64,000 nucleotides of DNA, taken from Oscillospiraceae bacterium (GTDB lineage: Bacteria; Bacillota; Clostridia; Oscillospirales; Oscillospiraceae). Numbering within the stretch: position 1 is the stretch's first letter; the number at the start of each line of letters is the position of its first letter. The notes beneath the pieces are model-generated. The model worked only from the letters and a program-made list of their open reading frames with translations. It had not been told where the DNA came from and ran no database searches. A program made the position numbers and the translations under genes. The DNA lies in assembly GCA_029257695.1 (NCBI GenBank), contig JARIAU010000059.1, positions 152-64,151 of the forward strand. Direction: 5' to 3'. Of this stretch, positions 17,472-27,206 are shown piece by piece.

Positions 17472-20012
17472 TCAGGCGGCAGCGTCTTCTGCAACCTCGA
17501 CGGGCTGATAAGCCACGGAGATAGCAGCGGGGGCCTCGGCACCATCCACGGGGATGGAGGCGGAAACGCTGGCGTTGTCCAGAGTGATGACATAGTTCTG
17601 CGTGTAGTTTGCCATCTCGGGGTCCTGAGCGAAGATCACCAGAGCCAGCTTGTGGCCGGCCTCCACCTGATAGACGGTGGGCTGGAGGTACAGGGTGTAA
17701 TCGTGAGATTCACCGGCCTTCAGCGTGATCTTGTTGTCAGCGGTGGCGGAAGCGGAATCATAACCGGCATCGGGGTTGCACAGATCCATCCAGCCACGGG
17801 CCACCACATTGTAGCTGACCTCGGTGTTGACATGCTGCAGCAGGTTGAAGCGGTCCAGACCGCAGCCCATCCATGCGCCGCCCTTTTCCACGGTGTTGGT
17901 GGGCAGGTAAGCGCCGCCGCGCAGGTTGAACACGGGGAAGGTCTCGCCCTCGGGAGCGATGTCGACCAGCATGGCGCTGACCATCAGAGCGTCACGGTTC
18001 AGATCCTGACCGTTGGCCAGAGCCTTGGCATTGTTGACGGAAGCGCTGAAGTGGACGGCAGTGGAGCCCTTGACCACGGTATCGGCGGTCACATCGCCGA
18101 CAAACAGAGCGCTGCCGGTGGTGGAGCCGTTGGCGAACACTTCGTTCCAATCCTCGCCGTCATCCTCGTCGTGGTTGTAAGCGGTGGTGTAATCGCTGCT
18201 CAAAGTGGTGGTGCCCTGTTCGTCACCGGCGGTCAGGTCCAGGTTGGCAGCGGTCTCCCAGCTGTCATAGGTGTGCCAGGTGTTGGTGTGGGCATCCTCG
18301 GCCAGAACGGCAGGCATCTTCTCGGCACCGTTGTCCAGCTCATAGAGGTAGTGGCAGAACCACTGGTTCAGAATGTCGTTGTACAGCTGACCGTCGATCA
18401 GGAAGGAATCGCCGTGGGAGTCATAGTCAGGGGTCAGGTGGCCGTCCTGATGCAGGAGCAGCTTGACTTCCTGACCGGCCTCGGTGAAGGCCTGATGCAT
18501 CAGATCGAAGTGCTTGGTGCGGACATTGAAGTCGTTCAGACCGTGGACGATCAGAGCGGAGCACTGAATGTTCTGGGCACCGGTGGTGTAGTCACGCTTG
18601 GCCCAATGCTCGCCGTAGTCGCCGTTGAGGGCAAGCTGCTCGGACTTCATCTGGTTCAGATAACGGCCGTAGCTGTCGGCGATGGTCTCGTAGTCACCGT
18701 TGGACACATAGTCGTCATGGCCGGCTTCCTTGGCAGCCTCCACGGCGGCATTGCTGTCCAGATAACGGCCGGCGCAGAAGGCGGCCAGATGATCGGTGTA
18801 AGCGGGATCTTCCTGGGTGGAGATGCCCTGGGAGTTGGTGTACTCATACCAGCTGGCGATGCCGGCCACGGGCACGATGGTCTTCAGACCTTCCACGCCG
18901 GTGGTGGCCAGACCGAACTGGGTGGTGCCGGCATAGGAACGGCCGGTCATGCCCACATTGCCGTTGGACCAGTCAGCGGCAATCTCAATGTTGCCTTCCT
19001 TGTCGGTGAAGGCCTTGCGGTCACCGCTCAACCACTCGATCACGCACTTGAAGGCGTCGATTTCCAGATCGGAACCGCAGGTCTCAAAGCCCTCGGAGCC
19101 ACGGGTGCCCAGACCGCCGCACTCCACCACGGCATAGCCACGGGCCAGGAAGTAGTCGTACCAGGTCAGGTCCTCATAGTCCATGAAGCCGGGGAAGTCC
19201 TCATAGGGGTTCCAGTAGTACCAGTCGGCAGAGGTGGCCTCGGCAGCAGCCTCCAGTGTGGTGGCGGAGCCGTTGCTCACACGGGGCTCGGGAGAAGCAT
19301 ACATATCAAAGCCCAGAGGCTGATCGATGTACTCCATGCTGTTGTCGGTGCAGCCGGTGATGTAGGGGCGGGCCTCATAGATGACGCCGGCCTGATAATC
19401 GCCCTCGGCAGCGGCACGGGGCAGCTGGATGAAGGCCTTCACCAGATCCAGCTTGCCGTCGCCGTCGGTGTCGTGGTTGGTTTCCACATAGACACTGTAA
19501 CGGATGGTGTCGCTGGTCTCGTTGGAGTACTCATCGGCGGGCACATTGCCGGGCGTGAAGGGGAAGATGGGCTGGGCCATTCCGTTCAGGAACAGGGGAG
19601 CCTTCTTCTCGGCGGAGAGTGCATCCTTCAAAGCGGAGATCTCCTTGCTGTCCTTCATGGCCTTCCAATCCCGCAGAGTGCAGGGGGCATCGGCGGTCAC
19701 ATCCAGACCGATGCTGGCGGCCATGGCGGCATAGTCCTCGGGGAAAGCGGGCAGCTGCTCCTCCGTCATGCCGGCATAGCTCAGCAGGGCGGCAGCAGCC
19801 TCCAGCTGTGTGATTTCGTCAGAGTCCTCGCCCTCCCAGGGGAGAACGGTCTCGCCCAGCGCAGCCTTCACATCGCTGCGATGGATCGTTTGGTTCAGCT
19901 TGGCATTGTGGTTCTTATACAGACCAAAGCCCAGCAGCGCAGCAATCACAACAATGACCGCAACCAGCAGTGCAATCTTGTGACCGTTGCTGCATTTCTT
20001 TTCGTTGTCCAT
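17472..20012 (-). CDS. membrane-anchored S15 family Xaa-Pro dipeptidyl-peptidase / CocE-NonD hydrolase
   Basis: ATG 20012 after AAGGAG. N-terminal TM (IALLVAVIVVIAALLGFGL). Nucleophile motif GMTGRSYAGTTQ. Confidence 0.8.
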   Translation of the reverse strand: MDNEKKCSNGHKIALLVAVIVVIAALLGFGLYKNHNAKLNQTIHRSDVKAALGETVLPWEGEDSDEITQLEAAAALLSYAGMTEEQLPAFPEDYAAMAASIGLDVTADAPCTLRDWKAMKDSKEISALKDALSAEKKAPLFLNGMAQPIFPFTPGNVPADEYSNETSDTIRYSVYVETNHDTDGDGKLDLVKAFIQLPRAAAEGDYQAGVIYEARPYITGCTDNSMEYIDQPLGFDMYASPEPRVSNGSATTLEAAAEATSADWYYWNPYEDFPGFMDYEDLTWYDYFLARGYAVVECGGLGTRGSEGFETCGSDLEIDAFKCVIEWLSGDRKAFTDKEGNIEIAADWSNGNVGMTGRSYAGTTQFGLATTGVEGLKTIVPVAGIASWYEYTNSQGISTQEDPAYTDHLAAFCAGRYLDSNAAVEAAKEAGHDDYVSNGDYETIADSYGRYLNQMKSEQLALNGDYGEHWAKRDYTTGAQNIQCSALIVHGLNDFNVRTKHFDLMHQAFTEAGQEVKLLLHQDGHLTPDYDSHGDSFLIDGQLYNDILNQWFCHYLYELDNGAEKMPAVLAEDAHTNTWHTYDSWETAANLDLTAGDEQGTTTLSSDYTTAYNHDEDDGEDWNEVFANGSTTGSALFVGDVTADTVVKGSTAVHFSASVNNAKALANGQDLNRDALMVSAMLVDIAPEGETFPVFNLRGGAYLPTNTVEKGGAWMGCGLDRFNLLQHVNTEVSYNVVARGWMDLCNPDAGYDSASATADNKITLKAGESHDYTLYLQPTVYQVEAGHKLALVIFAQDPEMANYTQNYVITLDNASVSASIPVDGAEAPAAISVAYQPVEVAEDAAA

Positions 20013-20190
20013 AGTGCAACTCCTTTTCTCTTTTTTGGAGGTTTGCGGGGGAAACAGAACCCTTGTGACCTCCAAGCACACAAGTGGTTCAGCATACAAG
20101 GCATAGTATAGTCCATGGAATGAAAACTTGCTATATGCATACTTTCTGAATAATTTTCATTCAATTTGTATAAATTGACAATTATTGACA

Positions 20191-20226
20191 AAAGAACCCC
20201 CGGAGGCTTGCAGCAGCTTCCGGGGG
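20191..20226 (-). terminator. intrinsic terminator after clpC
   Basis: CCCCCGGAAGC-N8-GCcTCCGGGGG followed by TTCTTTTGTC on the minus strand. Confidence 0.65.
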
Positions 20227-20301
20227 GGAGAGAAAGGAAGAAAAAGGAAATATAAAAAGGCGGCAGGGCGAATTTGCGGGGATGGGGAGCGGTGGAGCGG
20301 G

Positions 20302-22716
20302 TCAAACGACCTCCAGATGGATTCCGGTGGAATCGCAGCCGACGTTCAGGGTCTGTCCGGCCTTGAGAGAGCCCTCCAGCAGCAGCTCGGCTGCGGGATT
20401 TTCCACCTGGCGGCGCAGATAGCGGCGCAGCGGACGAGCTCCATACTGGCGATCATAGCCCTGCTGTGCCATCCAAGGGTAGGCGGCCTCCTCCACCGAA
20501 AGGGCAATGCCCAGATGGGACAGGCGGTCGGCAAATTGATGCACCATGCGGCGGGCGATTTCCGACACCTCGTCGGGGGTGAGAGGGGTGAAACAGATCA
20601 CCTCGTCCAGTCGGTTGAGAAATTCCGGACGAAAGGTGGCACGCAGGGCTTGATGGATCTGCCGTGTGTAGTCCTCCGGACGGTCCATGCCAAAGCCCAG
20701 AGGGACCCCGGAAGAACTGCCCAGATTGGAGGTCAGGATCAGGACGGCATTGCGGAAATCCGCCTTTTTGCCCTGGCTGTCCGTGAGAAAACCATCCTCC
20801 AGGATTTGCAGCAGCAAATTCCAAACCTGATCGTTGGCCTTTTCCAGTTCATCAAACAGCACCACGGAGTAGGGGTGTTTGCGGATGCCCTCGGTCAGTT
20901 GCCCGCCTTCTTCGTGCCCCACATAGCCGGGGGGAGAGCCGATCAGACGGGAGATGCTGTGTCCCTCCGAAAACTCTGACATATCCAGACGGAGCAGGGC
21001 ATCCTCGCTGCCAAACAGGGCCTTGGCAAGGGTGCGGCTCAGTTCGGTTTTCCCCACACCGGACGGTCCGGCGAAGAGAAAGGAACCTACGGGGCGGTTT
21101 TCCTCCTGCAATCCGGAGCGGCTGCGGCGAATGGCGGCAGCCAAGGCCGCCACACCCGACTGCTGCCCTACGATCCGGCGGTTGAGGGTCTGCTCCAGCT
21201 GCATCAGGCGGGTGGCCTCCCCTTCGGTGATTCGGGTGACGGGGATGCCGGTCCAATCGCTCAATACGGCGGCGATGTCCTCTTCGCCCACCCGAAGCAG
21301 AAAGGCTTCGTCACGGGCCGCCCAGGCGCTTCGGGCCTCGGTCCACTGGTGGAGGAAGTTTTCTTCCGCATCTCGCAGCTGGGCGGCCTGTTCAAAATCC
21401 TGCTGTTCCACCGCCTGCTGCAAGGCACCGGCGGCCTGCTTGTGCCGCCGTTCCAGCAGGCGGATCTCCTCCGGCTCGACCTGCCCCCGGATGCGGACCC
21501 GGGCGGCCGCCTCGTCCATCAGGTCAATGGCCTTGTCCGGCAGAAAGCGATCCGGCAGATACCGCTGGGACAGCCGCACGGCGGAACGCAGCGCAGCATC
21601 GCAGATGACCACATGGTGGTGGGCTTCATAGCGTGGGCGCAGCAGCCGCAGGATGCACAGGGCTTCACCGGGCGTGGGAGGCTCCAGATAAATGGGCTGA
21701 AAGCGGCGCTCCAGTGCCGGGTCCTTGCAGATGAATTTACGGTACTCCTCCTGTGTGGTGGCACCGATGATCTGGATTTCGCCCCGGCCAAGGGCCGGTT
21801 TGAGCAGATTGGCGGCGTCGATGGCACCTTCGGCACTGCCGGCACCCACCAAAGTATGCACTTCATCCAAAAATAAGACCGTGTGCTCCAGCCGCTTGAC
21901 TTCCTTGAGGATTTTTCGCAGCCGCTCCTCAAATTCGCCCCGGTATTTGGTTCCGGCAATCACTGCGGACAGATCCAGGGTCAAAATGCGCAGGTTCCGC
22001 AGCGGTTCCGGCACGGTTTCGTCGGCAATTTTCTGCGCCAGTGCCTCCGCCATCGCCGTTTTGCCCACGCCGGGATCGCCCAGCAGGATGGGGTTGTTTT
22101 TGGTGCGGCGGCACAAAATTTCCATCATTCGATCCAGTTCCGCTTCTCGACCGGCCACCGGGTCCAGCTCACCTTGGGCGGCGCAGCGGGTCAGGTCCTT
22201 GGCATACTGCTCCAGCAGGCGGGATTGCAGCACCGGGTCGGGGTCCTTGGGCTTGGAGCGGAAGGACATGGCTCCGCTGCTGTCGCCAAAGGCGGCGGCT
22301 GCTTCCCGATAAAGGGCATCCAGATCGCACCCGGTGGTTTGCAGCATACGGCCCGCCATGGTGTCCTTCCGCCGCAGCAGAGCCAAATACAGATGCTCCG
22401 GGGTGACGGCACGGCTGCCTCGGCTGAATGCCTCCTGCATGGCCAGTTCAATGCACTGCCGTCCGTGATCCGTCAGGCCCTGACAGGGGGGACATCCGTG
22501 GGAGCCGGTGCCCACCAGCACGGTGACGGCAGTTTCCAGGGCCGACGGGTCAATGCCGGTGGAGCGGAGCAGATTCTGGGCGGCGTGATCGGGAGCGTTC
22601 AGCACCGCCAGAAGCAGGTGCTCGGTGCCAATGTAACCGTGTCCCAATCGAATGGATTCCTGTCGGGCCTGCCGAAGGATCTGCTGCGTCTGATGGTTGA
22701 GTTGCTGTTGTGCCAT
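20302..22716 (-). CDS. clpC: ATP-dependent Clp protease ATP-binding subunit ClpC
   Basis: Clp_N repeats (IGTEHLLLAVL). Two Walker A motifs (GDPGVGKTAMAEALA, FAGPSGVGKTELSRTLA). UVR-like linker (QQDFEQAAQLRDAEE). Confidence 0.85.
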   Translation of the reverse strand: MAQQQLNHQTQQILRQARQESIRLGHGYIGTEHLLLAVLNAPDHAAQNLLRSTGIDPSALETAVTVLVGTGSHGCPPCQGLTDHGRQCIELAMQEAFSRGSRAVTPEHLYLALLRRKDTMAGRMLQTTGCDLDALYREAAAAFGDSSGAMSFRSKPKDPDPVLQSRLLEQYAKDLTRCAAQGELDPVAGREAELDRMMEILCRRTKNNPILLGDPGVGKTAMAEALAQKIADETVPEPLRNLRILTLDLSAVIAGTKYRGEFEERLRKILKEVKRLEHTVLFLDEVHTLVGAGSAEGAIDAANLLKPALGRGEIQIIGATTQEEYRKFICKDPALERRFQPIYLEPPTPGEALCILRLLRPRYEAHHHVVICDAALRSAVRLSQRYLPDRFLPDKAIDLMDEAAARVRIRGQVEPEEIRLLERRHKQAAGALQQAVEQQDFEQAAQLRDAEENFLHQWTEARSAWAARDEAFLLRVGEEDIAAVLSDWTGIPVTRITEGEATRLMQLEQTLNRRIVGQQSGVAALAAAIRRSRSGLQEENRPVGSFLFAGPSGVGKTELSRTLAKALFGSEDALLRLDMSEFSEGHSISRLIGSPPGYVGHEEGGQLTEGIRKHPYSVVLFDELEKANDQVWNLLLQILEDGFLTDSQGKKADFRNAVLILTSNLGSSSGVPLGFGMDRPEDYTRQIHQALRATFRPEFLNRLDEVICFTPLTPDEVSEIARRMVHQFADRLSHLGIALSVEEAAYPWMAQQGYDRQYGARPLRRYLRRQVENPAAELLLEGSLKAGQTLNVGCDSTGIHLEVV

Positions 22717-22806
22717 AAAGCTACACCCCGGTTCTTGAGATATGGTCAGTGTAGCCCAAATACGGAACAAACAAACCTCAAGAAACCGAAAAACCGAGCC
22801 GCCCCG

Positions 22807-24855
22807 TCAGGGGGCAGGCTCGGTCGGTTCGGGTTCGGTGGGAGCGGCAGGCATACGAAGCTCTGCCTTGAACAAATCACCGTCAATGGAGAGGGAGAGG
22901 GAGCCGTGCATCAGTTCAGCCAGGCTTTCCGCAATGGACAGTCCCAATCCGCTGCCCTCGGTGTTGCGGGAGGCATCCCCCCGGACAAATCGCTCCATCA
23001 GCTGATCCGGCGTGATGGAAAGGGGGTCCCGGGAGATGTTTTTCACCGTGATGACCACCTTGTCCTCCTCGGTGCTGGCAAAAATATAGACCCGGGTACC
23101 GGAAAGGGCATATTTGCACACATTGCTCAACAGATTGTCCATAATGCGCCAGAGATAGCGGCCGTCGCCCAGTACCGTCACCGGGGTGTCCGGCATTTGC
23201 AGCACCGGAACCAGTTGGGCTTTGGCGAAGCGATCCTCGTACTCGCCGGCCACCTGACCGACCAATTCCCCCAGCACAATGGGGACGATGTCCACCGGCA
23301 GGTTTCCGGTGGATGCCTTGGAGGCCTCCACCAGATCCTCCGTCAGCTTCCGCAGCCGGTGGCTCTGACGCTGCAACACCTCCACATAGCCCTGTGCATC
23401 CTCGGGCAGATCGGTTTTGCTCAACAGATCCACATAGTTCACGATGCTGGTCAGCGGAGTTTTCAGGTCGTGGGACACATTGGTGATGAGCTCTGTTTTG
23501 AACAGCTCGGATTTCAGCCGCTCCTCCACGGCACCGGAAATGCCGGCACCAATGCGGTTCAGAGCTTCGCCATGGGCGCGGAAGTCTGCGGACATAAAGG
23601 TGGTGTCCACCCGATAGTCCAGATTGCCTTCCGCAATGGCGGCGCAGCCCTTGTTCAGCTGTTTGAAGTGAATGGCAGAGGACAGCACCAAAAACAGCAG
23701 CAGGATCGTCAGCACCACGATCGGAACAAAGGAGCCCAGCCAGTAGACTTGGCTGACAGCATAGACACCGGCGGCCAGAAACACCAAGCAGAAGAGCAGT
23801 ACCCGCCAGATGAGAGGGAGGCGCCGGAAAAAGTGGGCCAGATAGCGGGCGGGGCGGCGGAACAGATGCAGACAACGGCGCAGCAGCGTGTTGTGCCACA
23901 GGGTGTGGGCCCGGATCCGCACGGCAAGGGAGTTGAGGGTCAGCACTAAAAGGGTGCTGCCACCCAGAACAAACAAGCCCCAGGTGATGAGGGAGTCCTT
24001 GGAGGGGATGGCGTAAAGGGTCCGGCGGAACCCGGCGAAGAACAGACCGGTGCCCAAGGCACCCAGTCCGCACATCATCAGCAAAAACACATCGAAGGGG
24101 ACCCGGTCGGCCAAATGGAAGTGAATTTCGTCGGAATCGCTGCGCCGACCGGCGCCGTATAGCAGGAATACAATAAAATTGAGGAAGAGAAGCACGCTGA
24201 CGGCAGCACAGACCAAAAAGGAGAACCGATTGCGGTAGAGGAAGTAGGCCACATTGGTCGCTGCCGCATATTTGTCGGCGTGGATCTGGTTGAGATCCTT
24301 GCGGACATGGCCCACCATCATAATGTGGACCGGTTCTGCGGCATCCTCCTGCTGAGCGGCGGGAATTACGATTTCATCGTTGGCAATTTCATTCCCGAAA
24401 TGGTCTACATAGCTGTCGGTGTGTTCCATGTAGTAGTATTCGCTGTAATAATCATAGTAGCTGGCCGGAGTTACATAGTAATCCCGACGGACATAGGCGG
24501 CATACGAATCCTGATAGTTTTTCAGCAGGATCTCACCGGTGTCAAAATTGGAGATGGTAAAGAAGAAGTTGGTATGCTCCGGTGCAAACCCATTCTCATA
24601 CTCGGCAATGATGTCCTTGGTCCAGGAGGCATCGGCCAGAAGCAGGGAATAGTATTTGGCTGCGGCATCCATGTCAGCCAGAATGTCCTGGTAATAAAAG
24701 TTTTCTGCCAAGGATTGATTCGTACTGTCGGCATCATACGAGCTGTACTGGGAGAGGGTGTTGATGCAGATCAGGCTGAGAATACAGGCCGTCAGACTGG
24801 CGATGGAGAGCAGCGCTGCCAGAAATTTGGCAAACGGGGAATGATACAGCTTCAT
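22807..24855 (-). CDS. sensor histidine kinase (large Tyr-rich extracytoplasmic domain)
   Basis: H-box ITNVSHDLKTPLTSI. N/G boxes DNLLSNVCKYA and GSGLGLSIAESL. Start overlaps the regulator stop (ATGA). Confidence 0.8.
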   Translation of the reverse strand: MKLYHSPFAKFLAALLSIASLTACILSLICINTLSQYSSYDADSTNQSLAENFYYQDILADMDAAAKYYSLLLADASWTKDIIAEYENGFAPEHTNFFFTISNFDTGEILLKNYQDSYAAYVRRDYYVTPASYYDYYSEYYYMEHTDSYVDHFGNEIANDEIVIPAAQQEDAAEPVHIMMVGHVRKDLNQIHADKYAAATNVAYFLYRNRFSFLVCAAVSVLLFLNFIVFLLYGAGRRSDSDEIHFHLADRVPFDVFLLMMCGLGALGTGLFFAGFRRTLYAIPSKDSLITWGLFVLGGSTLLVLTLNSLAVRIRAHTLWHNTLLRRCLHLFRRPARYLAHFFRRLPLIWRVLLFCLVFLAAGVYAVSQVYWLGSFVPIVVLTILLLFLVLSSAIHFKQLNKGCAAIAEGNLDYRVDTTFMSADFRAHGEALNRIGAGISGAVEERLKSELFKTELITNVSHDLKTPLTSIVNYVDLLSKTDLPEDAQGYVEVLQRQSHRLRKLTEDLVEASKASTGNLPVDIVPIVLGELVGQVAGEYEDRFAKAQLVPVLQMPDTPVTVLGDGRYLWRIMDNLLSNVCKYALSGTRVYIFASTEEDKVVITVKNISRDPLSITPDQLMERFVRGDASRNTEGSGLGLSIAESLAELMHGSLSLSIDGDLFKAELRMPAAPTEPEPTEPAP

Positions 24856-25547
24856 GCGTCGGTATCTTCCATTTTATAGCCGTGGCCCCAGAGCACCTTC
24901 AGATAACGGGGGTTGGCCGGGTCGATTTCCAGCTTTTCCCGCAGGTGACGGATGTGGACCGCCACGGTGGCATTGGCTCCGTAGGGGGTATCCTTCCAGA
25001 CGCTGCGATAGATCTCGTCACTGGAAAAGACCTTGCCGGGGGCCTCCATCAGCAGCTTGAGGATGCTGTACTCCAAGGGGGTCAGGCTGATGAGATCGCC
25101 GTCCACAGTGACGGATTTGCTGGTGTCATCCAGCTCGATGTTGCCCACCCGCATCACCGAATCGGATTGCGCAATGCCGCCCAGTTGGGTGTAGCGGCGC
25201 AGCTGGCTGCGCACCCGGGCGCACAGCTCCACCGGATTGAAGGGCTTGGTGATATAATCGTCACCGCCGGCATTGAAGCCCTCCAACATATCGCTGTCCT
25301 CACTTTTGGCGGTGAGGAAAATGACCGGCACATTGCAATGCTCCCGAATCTTGGCCACAGCGGTCAGACCGTCCATCTGGGGCATCATAATATCCATCAG
25401 CACCAGATCGACTCGGTGCTTTTCCAGTACTTCCAGTGCCTCCAGTCCGGAATAGGCCTCCAAAACATGATAACCCTCTCCGGTGAGGTAAATGCGAATG
25501 GCAGAAACGATGTCCCGCTCATCGTCGCACACAAGAATGGTATTCAT
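24852..25547 (-). CDS. OmpR/PhoB-family response regulator
   Basis: ILVCDDERDI..DLVLMDIMMPQMDG receiver domain. Winged-helix C-terminus (YLKVLWGHGYKM). Confidence 0.85.
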   Translation of the reverse strand: MNTILVCDDERDIVSAIRIYLTGEGYHVLEAYSGLEALEVLEKHRVDLVLMDIMMPQMDGLTAVAKIREHCNVPVIFLTAKSEDSDMLEGFNAGGDDYITKPFNPVELCARVRSQLRRYTQLGGIAQSDSVMRVGNIELDDTSKSVTVDGDLISLTPLEYSILKLLMEAPGKVFSSDEIYRSVWKDTPYGANATVAVHIRHLREKLEIDPANPRYLKVLWGHGYKMEDTDA

Positions 25548-25683
25548 CGATCATCCCTCCGATCTTATTTCTTTTATGGTAACACAGGAAGGGAAAATAA
25601 GACAGGGAAATATAATTAAAAATTTTTACAAGAAAAAACCGCGAACACAAACGGGTTGTCCGATCTGGGATTGCGGAAGCAAG

Positions 25684-25724
25684 CAAAACGCAAACTGGAG
25701 TGTATCCGGGGGGATACACTCCAG
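25684..25724 (-). terminator. intrinsic terminator downstream of icd
   Basis: CTGGAGTGTATCC-N4-GGATACACTCCAG followed by TTTGCGTTTTGC on the minus strand. Confidence 0.6.
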
Positions 25725-25823
25725 CTGTATGGGAAAAAATGCAGACCGAAACAGAGGTCGAATGGCGTTCAGGACTCCTTCGGGAGAGAACGAACGGCAC
25801 CGATTGGCCTGAACAACCGAGCG

Positions 25824-27026
25824 TCAGCGCTCCAGTTTGTCACGAATGGCCAGAATGAAGTCCCGACTGTTCAGCACGGTTACCTGGGGCAGGGTGGTCA
25901 TCAGGGCCAGATCCTTGGTCATCTTGCCCTCGGCGATGGTGTCCAGCGTGGCCTGCTCCAGGCGATCGGCAAAGTGCATCAGCTCCGGCTGATGATCCAG
26001 CTCGCCCCGCTTGCGGAGGGCTCCGGTCCAGGCGAAGATCGTGGCCACCGAATTGGTGGAGGTCTCTTCGCCGGCCAGATGCTTGTAGTAATGGCGCTGC
26101 ACGGTGCCGTGGGCCGCTTCATACTCAAAATAGCCGTTGGGGGAGACCAACACACTGGTCATCATGGCAAGGCTGCCGAAGGCGGAGGAGACCATATCGC
26201 TCATCACATCGCCGTCATAATTCTTGCAGGCCCAGATAAAGCCGCCCTCGGCCTTCATGACCCGGGCCACGGCATCGTCGATCAGCGTGTAGAAGTAGGT
26301 GATGCCGGCAGCGGCAAACTTCGCCTTGTATTCCGCCTCATAAATGGCGGCAAACACATCCTTGAAGGTGTGGTCATACTGTTTGGAAATGGTGTCCTTG
26401 GTGGCAAACCACAGGTCCTGCTTGGTGTCGAGCGCATACGCAAAGCAGCTGCGGGCAAAGCTCTCCATGGAGGGGATCAGGTTGTGCATGGCCTGTGCCA
26501 CACCGGCCGAATGATATTCGTGCACCAGCTTACGGGTCTCGGTGCCGTCCTCGGCAGTGTAGACCAGCTCCACCTTGCCGGGGCCGGGAATGACCATCTC
26601 TGTATTTTTATACACATCGCCGTAAGCATGACGGGCCAGCGTGATGGGCTTTTTCCAGTTGCGGACACAGGGCTCGATGCCCTTGACCAGAATGGGGGCA
26701 CGGAACACCGTGCCGTCCAGCATGGCACGGATGGTGCCGTTGGGGGAGGGCCACATCTGCTTCAGATCATACTCCTCCACACGCTGTGCGTTGGGGGTGA
26801 TCGTGGCACACTTCACGGCCACACCATACTTCTTGGTGGCATTGGCAGAGTCCACCGTGACCTGATCGTTGGTCTCGTCCCGATGGGTTAAGCCCAGATC
26901 GTAATATTCCGTCTTCAGATCCACAAAGGGGCAAATCAGTTCTTCTTTGATGATGCGCCACAGCACACGAGTCATCTCGTCGCCGTCCATCTCCACCAGC
27001 GGAGTCAACATTGGAATTTTTGCCAT
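25824..27026 (-). CDS. icd: NADP-dependent isocitrate dehydrogenase (eukaryotic-like subfamily II, ~400 aa)
   Basis: [23 protein letters not shown]...[13 protein letters not shown]. The ORF-track start at 27206 is an unsupported extension. Confidence 0.9.
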   Translation of the reverse strand: MAKIPMLTPLVEMDGDEMTRVLWRIIKEELICPFVDLKTEYYDLGLTHRDETNDQVTVDSANATKKYGVAVKCATITPNAQRVEEYDLKQMWPSPNGTIRAMLDGTVFRAPILVKGIEPCVRNWKKPITLARHAYGDVYKNTEMVIPGPGKVELVYTAEDGTETRKLVHEYHSAGVAQAMHNLIPSMESFARSCFAYALDTKQDLWFATKDTISKQYDHTFKDVFAAIYEAEYKAKFAAAGITYFYTLIDDAVARVMKAEGGFIWACKNYDGDVMSDMVSSAFGSLAMMTSVLVSPNGYFEYEAAHGTVQRHYYKHLAGEETSTNSVATIFAWTGALRKRGELDHQPELMHFADRLEQATLDTIAEGKMTKDLALMTTLPQVTVLNSRDFILAIRDKLER

Positions 27027-27206
27027 AGAAACACCCACTTTCGTATTGATGCCCCCATTATACCCAATCGGGAAACAAGACGCAATAGAAAAGGAGGAAG
27101 CATTCATTCTTTGCACGAAATCTGGCGTTTTCGGGCTGAAATCAAGAAAAATGCAGGAAAAGATGCACCCCCCGAGGGAACCAAAGTCCGTTCGGGGGGG
27201 GTACAC

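Noticed and set aside
17466-20111. 881-aa ORF on the + strand
   Set aside because: It is antisense to the S15 peptidase gene. The same reasoning applies to 33322-35457 (anti-pnp), 21883-23949 (anti-clpC/kinase), 14337-16151 (anti-putP), 53465-55153 (anti-argS), 57044-58498 (anti-yfcC), 59937-61190 (anti-arcA), 11236-12936 (anti-murE), 44885-46156 and 46826-48421 (anti-MATE), and 37928-39148 and 39569-40864.
22717-22806. CtsR operator upstream of clpC
   Set aside because: Only a single GGTCAGT heptad is present. The tandem GGTCAAA-N3-GGTCAAA repeat is absent, and there are no ctsR/mcsA/mcsB genes.
25824-27206. N-terminal extensions offered by the ORF track (icd 460 aa; also glpK to 45021, pnp to 35499, rpsO to 35998, ElbB-like to 17593, thiT from 398)
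   Set aside because: The extensions have no RBS and a non-protein-like sequence. They overlap promoters, terminators or the riboswitch. Internal starts with good RBSs give the family-typical lengths and N-termini.
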